Source of the DNA: Methylocystis sp.
GTDB taxonomy: Bacteria > Pseudomonadota > Alphaproteobacteria > Rhizobiales > Beijerinckiaceae
Assembly (NCBI GenBank): GCA_035319645.1
Contig: DATHCI010000119.1
Coordinates: forward strand, 32,401 to 96,400
Direction of reading: 5' to 3'
DNA length: 64,000 bases
Positions 36,501 to 43,784 of the stretch are shown one piece after another. Position numbers and translations under genes: made by a program. Within the stretch, counting starts at the first letter, position 1. Every line of letters begins with the position of its first letter. The notes below the pieces were generated by a model. That model was not told the origin of the DNA and searched no databases. It worked only from the letters and a program-made list of their open reading frames with translations.

Positions 36501-38935
36501 CGCATCAGATCGGCCACCTCGGCCATCTGGTCGGAATGGTTCTGGGGAAGCTCGAGAGCGGGCTTGCGGGCGCAAACCAGCCTGCGCTCGAGCAGCTTGG
36601 TCGACAGGTGGCGCAGCTTGCCGCAAGGCTCGAGCAGCTCGGGCCTTGGTCCGAGCGCGTCGAGAACCTGCTCTCGCAACCCTCCGACCTTCGGCGCTTC
36701 ACGGATATCGCGCAGCGTCTCGAGGAGACCGGGCGCTCGCTGTCCGAGCGGCTGAACCGGCATGGCGTCGGCGCCGATCTCGGCGCTGTAGAAGACATCG
36801 TGCGACGGCTCGGCGAACGCATCGACCAGGCGCTCGCGCCGGGCGCCCGCTCCCAGGAGCTGGCGCAGGTCGAGCAGCAGATCGCCGCGCTTTCGGCGAA
36901 GATCGACCAGATCGCGCCGCTGGCGCGACGCGTCGAAGAGCTCGCCGCGCGAACGGCGCCGCAAGCGCAAATCGAGCAGCTCGGCGACCGCATCAACTTC
37001 ATGCAGGACGCGCTCGCCGCGCGCATCGCCGAGGGCGGGCGCGCCCAGGCCGCCGAGCTCGTCGAGGGGCTGGCGCGCAGAATCGACGGCGCGCTCGCGC
37101 CGGGAGCTAACGCACAAGCCTTCGCTGCGCTCGAAGAACAGATCAAGGCGCTGTCCGCTCGGCTGGATCAAAGCGCGGGCGCGGGACCGGCGTCTGCCGG
37201 CGTCGAAGGCCGGATCGGCGAGCTCCTCCAGCGGTTCGACCAGGCCCGCGACGACATGGCGGGCGCGGCGGAAGCCGCCTTGCGCGAGGCGACGCTCGAA
37301 GTGGTTCGCGAGGCGAACGCCGCCGCCGGCAAGCTCAATCCCGCCGTCCAGCAGGAGCTCGAAGAGCTCCGCCGCACGCAGGACGCCAGCGGCGCGCGCA
37401 CGCATGAGACCCTCTCCGTCGTTCACGAGACGCTTGAGCGGGTCGTCGACAGGCTCGCAGCCTTCGAGGAAGAGCTTACCGAGCTGCGCATCGAGCCGCC
37501 GGCGCCGGCGCGCGCCCCCGAGCCCGTTGTCGAAACGCACCGCGCGGTCCCGCCGGCGCGCGGGCCGCGTGCGCAGGAGGCGCCGCCCCAGCCCAAGCCG
37601 CGCGCTGAACCTGATTTCCCCGCCGCGCCGCGCGCCGGCCGGGGACGAAAGGTGGAGGACTTCGACCTCGACGAGCTCGACGCGGAGCGGTCGACAGTGT
37701 CGGCGGCGGCGCGCGCCGAAGCGGCGCCGACGGACTTCATCGCCGCGGCTCGTCGCGCCGCGCAGAAAGCGGCCGCCGAAGCCGACGCCGCGCAGGCGGA
37801 CCTCGAACAGCGGCGCAACGCCGCGCGCGCGGCGGCTCTGGCGGCGGCGAACAAGAGCGGCGGGGCGGCTGCAGAGTCAGGCGGCGGTTCGAGCAAGCTC
37901 CCGATGCTGCTGGCGCTCGCAACGCTGCTCCTCGTTGGCGCCGGCGGCTTTTACGGCGCCTCGCGTTTCGGGCTGCTGCCCGGCGGCGAGACGGCTCCGA
38001 CGCAGAACGACGTCGCGGCCCTCAATCAGAAGAAGCCTTCGGCGCACGCTGACGTGGACCAGCCGGCGAAGCCTGCGGCTCCTCAGACCGCCGCCCCGCT
38101 GCCAGCTCCGGCTCAGCCCGCGGCGCCGCAGACAGTCGGCCCCAGCGGGGCGATGGCGCCCGCAGCCAAGGTCGGGCTCGGCGCCCTGCCGACGGACAAC
38201 ACCCCGATCGGGACGATCAACAAGCCCGCAGGCGCGACTGCTGAGGAGTCTTCGGCGATCCTGCAGGCGGCGACGCGCGGCGACGCCGCCGCGCAATACG
38301 AATATGCGGCGCGTCTCGCCGAGGGCCGCGGCGTCCCCCGCGACGCGAAAGCCGCCGCGCTCTGGTTCGAAAAAGCCGCGGGGCAGGGGCTCGCGCCCGC
38401 GCAATATCGGCTGGGCTCGATCTACGAGAAGGGAGTCGGCGTCGATCGCGACTATGGGAAGGCGCGCAGCTGGTATCAGCAGGCGGCTGACGCCGGCAAC
38501 GCGCGCGCCATGCACAATCTGGCCGTGCTGTTTGCGGAAGGCAACGACGGCAAGGCGGACTATGGCACGGCTTCGGACTGGTTCCGCAAGGCGGCGGAGC
38601 TCGGCGTGCGCGACAGCCAGTTCAACCTGGCGATCCTCTATGCGCGAGGGCTTGGCGTCGGCCAGAGCCTCGTGCAATCCTATATGTGGTTCGCCGTCGC
38701 CGCCGCGCAGGGCGATCAGGACGCAACGCGCAAGCGCGACGACGTCGGCGCGCGGCTCGACTCCAAGGAGCTCGCCAAGGCGAAGGAGCTCGTCGAGAAT
38801 TTCAAGCCCCGCCCGCTCAAGCGCGAGGCCAACGAGCCGCCGGCGCCCAAGGGCGGCTGGGAGGCCCTGAAGGCCCAGACCTTCAAGCCGGACACGAAGC
38901 CGTTCTTCGCGCCGTCCGCCAAGCCGAAGGCGTGA
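33566..38935 (+). CDS. podJ: Polar organelle development protein PodJ-like (1789 aa)
   Basis: Long coiled coil; LxxVHETLERVVDRL and DFIAAARRAAQ motifs; single TM; periplasmic Sel1 repeats (AQYRLG, AMHNLAVL, SQFNLAIL); next to the acyl-CoA dehydrogenase as in rhizobia. Confidence 0.88.
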   Translation: MTKPLSRRFKVSARDAQRPRLETARRFGRSLAEENEDDAREFDEDREEDDASAESPLEAVTRRLKRASPRFASQDDWREQPLEGARDRGPGREPPQLARAPDEPIVDVDEIAETAAAMVAHRVAESERHTAKALNSLAQMIESGRRREDEQERLEETVAAIARRAEANERKTARALESIAEIIENGGRGVDDEEIGASSETFGRTESRRARPRDADEPRPIRSALARNESRADRPSRDDRANGFAQALSGLDQRLAEISARLEEDARTRSSASSPVGARAPHPKRALADAIADITRRQQTLDEESRGPRHSFASRDDDARRLRLRQSDDRRASSANSHSFEARAARESEEREAHAAAVAGHLDSLRRRIEELASVGQPELTRRIDDLRGALETQARQLESLRSDLAHRPDQQLAVLRQIESLRRDTDELARAQHDALSRRIEDLRASHDELARHIESRHGDALQRPEQHFLLMREIEALHRRVAEAADAESPRVAERFGELSDAVVTLSQQLAELRGEASQNARQQSLMLRQMDGLRHEVLDLSRLMNDIAPRASVAAVEEALRDLVARIDAQRGRGVAEHALAPAERVAYELRTALKELDPAPMLRHLDADVAAILRRLDEVKTEGGADAAALAELARQTAEIKDGLRHLASRPFPVEKLETRLVDLTQRVEKLSLSAASASASADIGDVVRSIRSIVATETSNGFDAFNQRLERLTEKLDGALSLSGAQRFDELSARIDEMHRSLAQRIDQGVGAHRPTTTAGLESTLAKLARKIDGALDTKTSHPAFEELGRKIDRLEGRIGEPGAAEGFARIERLLAQPVNEDRFARIARRLEDAAQTLQSKAELGAPTRSGADLRRFEDLTHRLGERIDAALAPGAARQAFEPVARQVQGLSEKLDALAATANRAELDSLNHQVGHMGHLVGMLMERLEQGGARAELDSLVHQVGHQGHQLGLLLQKLDESVASGNKGGVDELTHQIGHLGHLVGMVLGKLESGLAGANQPALEQLGRQVAQLAARLEQLGPWSERVENLLSQPSDLRRFTDIAQRLEETGRSLSERLNRHGVGADLGAVEDIVRRLGERIDQALAPGARSQELAQVEQQIAALSAKIDQIAPLARRVEELAARTAPQAQIEQLGDRINFMQDALAARIAEGGRAQAAELVEGLARRIDGALAPGANAQAFAALEEQIKALSARLDQSAGAGPASAGVEGRIGELLQRFDQARDDMAGAAEAALREATLEVVREANAAAGKLNPAVQQELEELRRTQDASGARTHETLSVVHETLERVVDRLAAFEEELTELRIEPPAPARAPEPVVETHRAVPPARGPRAQEAPPQPKPRAEPDFPAAPRAGRGRKVEDFDLDELDAERSTVSAAARAEAAPTDFIAAARRAAQKAAAEADAAQADLEQRRNAARAAALAAANKSGGAAAESGGGSSKLPMLLALATLLLVGAGGFYGASRFGLLPGGETAPTQNDVAALNQKKPSAHADVDQPAKPAAPQTAAPLPAPAQPAAPQTVGPSGAMAPAAKVGLGALPTDNTPIGTINKPAGATAEESSAILQAATRGDAAAQYEYAARLAEGRGVPRDAKAAALWFEKAAGQGLAPAQYRLGSIYEKGVGVDRDYGKARSWYQQAADAGNARAMHNLAVLFAEGNDGKADYGTASDWFRKAAELGVRDSQFNLAILYARGLGVGQSLVQSYMWFAVAAAQGDQDATRKRDDVGARLDSKELAKAKELVENFKPRPLKREANEPPAPKGGWEALKAQTFKPDTKPFFAPSAKPKA

Positions 38936-38947
38936 GACCGGTAATGC

Positions 38948-39526
38948 TTACTGGTTCTTCGGCGTGATGAGGCTGTGGACGCGGCCCTGGCTGCGCCCGG
39001 CGGACGCCGCCTGCAAGCCTGCCTGGCCTGTCGAGATGTCGTAGACGAGACGGTCGCCCTTGGTGACGGTCTCGCCCTGCGTCAGCGTCACATTGCCGAT
39101 GAGATAGACCTTCTGCTCGGCGCGGTCGTATTTGCCCGCGTCGCCGGTCGCTGTCTGATCCTTCGAGACGAGGGTGATCGGGCCCTCGGCGTCGATGTGT
39201 TTTACCTTTTCCGAAGACCGCCCCTCGCCGCCCTTCGGCTTATTGTCGAGGAAGATCGTCATGCGCGAGGCCTTCAGGGTCGAAGGACCATTGACGACGA
39301 TGACGCTGCCCGAATAGACGGCCTTCTGCTCGCGGTCGAAATAATCGACCTTGTCGGAATCGATGCTGAGCGGGTCGCTGGCGCTCGCGCCGGGAAGAAC
39401 GCCGGCGCCAGACTTCGCCTGCGCCGCGCCGCCGAGCGCCAGGATCAGCGCCAGTGCGGCGAAGGAGGCCGCGCCCCGTTGAGCCTTCGGTTCACTCGCG
39501 CGCGTCAACCGCGGCCTTCCCGGCAT
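38948..39526 (-). CDS. lptA: LPS export periplasmic protein LptA (OstA family)
   Basis: Signal peptide; PLSIDSD, AVYSGSV, GNVTLTQG..V.KGD.LVYD, GRV. Confidence 0.9.
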   Translation of the reverse strand: MPGRPRLTRASEPKAQRGAASFAALALILALGGAAQAKSGAGVLPGASASDPLSIDSDKVDYFDREQKAVYSGSVIVVNGPSTLKASRMTIFLDNKPKGGEGRSSEKVKHIDAEGPITLVSKDQTATGDAGKYDRAEQKVYLIGNVTLTQGETVTKGDRLVYDISTGQAGLQAASAGRSQGRVHSLITPKNQ

Positions 39527-40187
39527 CGTCTTCCTCCCCCTCGATCAGCGTATGCACGCGGCCGGCAAAGCTCATGCGACGCTCGCCCTGCGAAAATTCG
39601 GCGGAGTCAGCGGTGATCGTGACCTTTTCGAGCTTCAGCGTCGCCGACCGGTCGGACGAGAGCGCACCCGCCTTGAAGTCCATCACCGCGCGCGACATCG
39701 TCAGGTCGAAGCTCTTCGCGTCGAAGATGCGCACGGACTGGGCAAGATCCGCGCGATCGGTCTTGGCGTTGTAAAGCGCGCCGCCGGCCGTGAGCATGAC
39801 GGAGTCGGTCGCTCCCGTCTCAACGCGCACATCGACTCCCTCGAGCTCGAAAACATCCGGCGTCGAGAGGTCCTGGACGCCGGTCCGGGCGTGCAGCTCA
39901 TAGGGTCGACCGTCCTGGCGATATCCCACGAGCTTCGGCGAATCGATCGTGATGCGGGTGCCCTTGAGCCCGATATGCGCAAAGCGCAGATCGACCGGGA
40001 GCAGGGTCAGCGCGTGAACAGCGACCAAGACCGCCAATCCGACGACCACGAAGACGACGCCCCAGACGAGGCCGCGACGCAGCCGCACGACGCGCGCTGA
40101 ATGGCGCTTCGCCGCCGGCAGCGCCTCGACCCTCGGCGCGCCGAGCGATTCAAGTCGATCTCGTGAACTTCGCGATATTTCAGTCAA
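39492..40187 (-). CDS. lptC: LPS export protein LptC
   Basis: A.RHS.RV..LR, one TM, P.L.G...DGRPY...A, between rnd and lptA; TTG start inferred from RBS AGGAA. Confidence 0.85.
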   Translation of the reverse strand: MTEISRSSRDRLESLGAPRVEALPAAKRHSARVVRLRRGLVWGVVFVVVGLAVLVAVHALTLLPVDLRFAHIGLKGTRITIDSPKLVGYRQDGRPYELHARTGVQDLSTPDVFELEGVDVRVETGATDSVMLTAGGALYNAKTDRADLAQSVRIFDAKSFDLTMSRAVMDFKAGALSSDRSATLKLEKVTITADSAEFSQGERRMSFAGRVHTLIEGEEDDAGKAAVDARE

Positions 40188-40270
40188 CTGCCGTCGTTCC
40201 TGCCGACCCGCCAGCGCCGAGAATTCAGACTCGCGCAGTAGTCGCCGCCGATGGCGTTTTCGGGGCGGCG

Positions 40271-40885
40271 TCAGCTGTGGGCGAAAATATCCATTTCCGC
40301 CCAGCCCTCCAAGTCGAGCTTTGCGCGCGCGGGAAGGAACTCGAAACACGCTCCGGCGAGCGCATCGCGCCCCTCGCGCGCGAGCATCGCATCGAGCCTG
40401 CGCTTGAGCTCATGCAGATGCAGGACGTCCGACGCCGCATAGGCTTGTTGCGCGTCGCTCAGCGTCTCAGCGCCCCAATCCGAGGACTGCTGCTGCTTGG
40501 AGATCTCGACGCCGAGCAGCTCCTTGACGAGATCCTTGAGCCCGTGGCGGTCCGTATAGGTGCGCGCGATCTTCGAGGCGATCTTCGTGCAGTAGACAGG
40601 GCCCGGAACGAAGCCGAAGGTCGCCGCGAGCACCGCCAAATCGAAGCGCGCGAAATGGAAGAGCTTGAGCGTTTCGGGATCGGCGAGCAGCCGCTCGAGA
40701 TTTGGCGCGCTCGACTGGCCGCGGGCGATCTGCACGAGCTCGGCGTCGCCGTCGCCGCGCGATAGCTGCACGAGGCAGAGCCGGTCGCGCTGGGGGTTGA
40801 GACCGAGCGTTTCGGTGTCGATCGCGACGATGGGACCCAAGTCGGCGCTCGCGGGAAGGTCGCCCTTGTGCAGTCTGACGGTCAT
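40271..40885 (-). CDS. rnd: Ribonuclease D-like 3'-5' exonuclease
   Basis: AIDTETLGL, HFARFD, CTKIAS, SKQQQSSDWG, YAASDV (DEDDy). Confidence 0.93.
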   Translation of the reverse strand: MTVRLHKGDLPASADLGPIVAIDTETLGLNPQRDRLCLVQLSRGDGDAELVQIARGQSSAPNLERLLADPETLKLFHFARFDLAVLAATFGFVPGPVYCTKIASKIARTYTDRHGLKDLVKELLGVEISKQQQSSDWGAETLSDAQQAYAASDVLHLHELKRRLDAMLAREGRDALAGACFEFLPARAKLDLEGWAEMDIFAHS

Positions 40886-40952
40886 TTGGTGTCGGCGCCC
40901 TCTCTGAAGCTGCCAAGATGAAAATTTTCTATAGACGACCGGCAGGATCCGG

Positions 40953-41580
40953 TCATCCGCCGAATTGCAGCGGCCCCACCGCCCAGGCGAGCCAGAAGCC
41001 CAGCGCGATGTGAGGCCCGAAAGGCATCGGCGCGCCAGCCTTTGCGGAGCCGCCCGACCGCAGCAAGATCAGCGCCGAGACGAGGCCGGAGCCGGCTGCG
41101 ACGAGGAGGCAGCCCGGCAGCGCCTGATAGCCGAGCCACAGTCCCGCGAGGCCGAAGAGCCGCGCATCTCCCTGCCCGAGGCCTTCGACGCCGCGCAGGC
41201 GGCGGAAGGCCTCGCCCGCAAGCCACAGCGTCGCGAAGCCGGCGAACCCGGAGAGCGCCCGCTCGGGCAGGATCGCCGGATCGAGCGCGAGAGCAGTCGC
41301 GAAGCCGGCGACGAGGAGCAACAGTACCGGACCGTCGGGAATGAGGAAATAGCGCAGGTCGAACAGCGCGATGACGGCGAGCGCGCAAAAGAGCGCGAGG
41401 CTCGGCGCCATCAGCCACGAGGGGGACGGCGGCTCCGCAGACAGGTAGCCCAGGCCAAGCAGACCGAGCCAGAGAACATGGGCGTGAGCCCGCGCTCCGC
41501 GTCGAGCGAGCAGGATGCGTCGAGCGTCCGCGAGCAGGGCAGGGCAGCGACGTCGGGCCGCCAGAAGTGAACGCGCGAAG
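40953..41580 (-). CDS. Prepilin peptidase, A24 family (5' end uncertain, possibly frameshifted)
   Basis: D.RYFLIPD, EGLGQGD.RL, PFGP motifs. Possible short start ATG at 41411; possible 5-bp duplication frameshift at 41535-41544. Confidence 0.7.
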
Positions 41581-41623
41581 GGAAAGATGCGACGGCTCCG
41601 TCTTGGCCTTGGACTTCGACATG

Positions 41624-41659
41624 ATAGACGCGGCCTATTAGACCACGGAATGCGGCTAT
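41624..41659. promoter_or_regulatory. LysR-type binding site upstream of fdsG
   Basis: ATAG-acgcggc-CTAT (T-N11-A dyad) with a second CTAT 21 bp downstream, about 100 bp upstream of fdsG. Confidence 0.6.
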
Positions 41660-41743
41660 TGATCCCCTTATGGTTTTGCGGCACTTTGATCCTAACTGGG
41701 CCAAAAGGCGGAGCAGCGCAACCGCCGCCGCCAAGGGGAAGAA

Positions 41744-42223
41744 ATGTCAGGAGCCGCCGTCGCCTTCGACGCCGCCAGGGCGCAGGAGATCATTGACGCT
41801 CATCTGGGCCTCGAAGGGCCTGCGATGCCTATACTCCACGCCATCCAGGATGAGTTCGGCTGCGTGCCTGAGGCGGTCGTGCCGCAGATCGCCGAGGCGC
41901 TCAATGTTTCGCGCGCCGAAATGCATGGCGTGGTGACTTTCTATCATGACTTCCGCCGTGAGCCGGCGGGACGCCACGTGCTGAAGCTCTGCCGGGCCGA
42001 GTCATGCCAGTCCATGGGGTCCGAGCGCCTCCACCAAGAATTCCTCGCCCGTCACAAGCTCGACTGGCATCACACGAGCCCTGACGGCGCGCTCACGGTC
42101 GAGGCCGTTTACTGTCTCGGGCTTTGCGCCCACAGCCCCTCCGCGCTCTTCGACGGCGAACCCATCGGCTGCGTGGATTCCCAGAGGCTCGACGAGATCG
42201 TCTCGGAGGCGCAGCGCACATGA
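41744..42223 (+). CDS. fdsG: NAD-dependent formate dehydrogenase gamma subunit (2Fe-2S)
   Basis: SRAEMHGVVTFYHDF, CRAESC, CLGLC. Confidence 0.95.
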   Translation: MSGAAVAFDAARAQEIIDAHLGLEGPAMPILHAIQDEFGCVPEAVVPQIAEALNVSRAEMHGVVTFYHDFRREPAGRHVLKLCRAESCQSMGSERLHQEFLARHKLDWHHTSPDGALTVEAVYCLGLCAHSPSALFDGEPIGCVDSQRLDEIVSEAQRT

Positions 42224-43773
42224 CGCGGGTCTTCGTCCCCCTCGACATGGCCGCCAAGGCCTTGGGCGCCGATCGGGTCGTCGCCGCCATCGCCAGGGAG
42301 GCCGCCGCGCGCGGCGCCGATGTGGAGATTGTCCGAAACGGCTCGCGGGGGCTGCTGTGGCTCGAGCCCTTGGTCGAGGTCGAGACGCCTGACGGACGCA
42401 CGGCCTACGGCAATGTCAAGGCCGCCGACGTCGCCTCGCTGTTCGACGCGGATTTCCTTTCCGGCGCAAAGCATTCGCTGTCTGTCGGCAAGGTCGAGGA
42501 TCACCCTTATTGGAAGCGGCAGAACCGCATCACCTTCAAGCGCTGCGGAATCATCGATCCGCTTTCGCTCGCCGAATATGAGGCGCTAGGCGGCGGCAAG
42601 GGCCTCGCCCGCGCCTTTTCCCTATCCCCTGCCGATTGCGTGGCCGAGGTTGCGAAATCCGGCCTGCGGGGCCGCGGCGGCGCGGGCTTCCCGACAGGAA
42701 TCAAGTGGAAGACCGTCGCCGACACGCCCGCCGACCGGCGCTATGTCGTCGTCAACGCCGACGAGGGCGACAGCGGCACCTTCGCCGACCGCATGATCAT
42801 GGAGGGCGATCCTTTCGCGCTCATCGAGGGCATGACGATCTGCGGCTACGCCGTCGGGGCTTCGAAGGGCTATGTCTATTTGCGCTCGGAGTATCCGCAG
42901 ACGGCGCAGGTCTTCGGCAAAGCGATCGAGGTTTTGCGCGCCGCCGGCTGGCTCGGCAAGAATGTGCGCGGCTCGGATTTCGCCTTCGACGTCGAGCTGC
43001 GCATCGGGGCCGGCGCCTATGTCTGCGGCGAGGAGACCTCGCTGCTGGAGAGCCTCGAGGGCAAGCGCGGCATCGTGCGCGCGAAGCCTCCGTTCCCGGC
43101 CATCGCGGGCCTGTTCGACAAGCCGACCGTCGTCAACAACGTGCTGTCGATCGCCACGATCCCGATGATCTTCGAATATGGCGCGCAGCATTACGCTGAC
43201 TGCGGCGTCGGACGCTCGCGCGGCACCATGCCGCTGCAGATCGCCGGCAACGTCAAATATGGCGGTCTCTGCGAGGTCGACTTCGGTCTGACGCTCGGCG
43301 AGATCGTCAACGACATCGGAGGCGGCGCGAAGACGGGCCGCCCAGTGCGCGCGGTGCAGTGCGGCGGGCCGCTCGGCGCCTATGTGCCGGTCAAAGACTT
43401 CGACATGATTTTCGATTACGAAGCCTTCACGAAGCGTGACGCGCTGATCGGCCACGGCGGCCTCGTCGTGTTCGACGACACCGTCGACATGCTGCAGATG
43501 GCGCGCTTCGGCATGGAATTTTGCGCCATTGAGAGCTGCGGCAAATGCACGCCTTGCCGCATCGGCTCGACCCGCGGCGTCGAGACGATCGACAAGATCG
43601 GGGCGGGGCAGAACGTTGACGCGAACATCGCTTTGCTCGAGGATCTTTGCCAGACCATGAAATGGGGCTCGCTCTGCGCGCTCGGCGGCTTCGCGCCCTA
43701 TCCGGTGCTGAGCGCGCTTCGACATTTCCCGGAAGACTTCCGCCACAGATCCCTGCCAGCCGCGGCTGAGTGA
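42220..43773 (+). CDS. fdsB: NAD-dependent formate dehydrogenase beta subunit (FMN/NADH, NuoF-like)
   Basis: GLRGRGGAGFPTG, NADEGD, YVCGEETSL, ESCGKCTPCRIG; ATGA overlap with fdsG. Confidence 0.96.
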   Translation: MTRVFVPLDMAAKALGADRVVAAIAREAAARGADVEIVRNGSRGLLWLEPLVEVETPDGRTAYGNVKAADVASLFDADFLSGAKHSLSVGKVEDHPYWKRQNRITFKRCGIIDPLSLAEYEALGGGKGLARAFSLSPADCVAEVAKSGLRGRGGAGFPTGIKWKTVADTPADRRYVVVNADEGDSGTFADRMIMEGDPFALIEGMTICGYAVGASKGYVYLRSEYPQTAQVFGKAIEVLRAAGWLGKNVRGSDFAFDVELRIGAGAYVCGEETSLLESLEGKRGIVRAKPPFPAIAGLFDKPTVVNNVLSIATIPMIFEYGAQHYADCGVGRSRGTMPLQIAGNVKYGGLCEVDFGLTLGEIVNDIGGGAKTGRPVRAVQCGGPLGAYVPVKDFDMIFDYEAFTKRDALIGHGGLVVFDDTVDMLQMARFGMEFCAIESCGKCTPCRIGSTRGVETIDKIGAGQNVDANIALLEDLCQTMKWGSLCALGGFAPYPVLSALRHFPEDFRHRSLPAAAE

Positions 43774-43784
43774 GGAGCAAAGCC

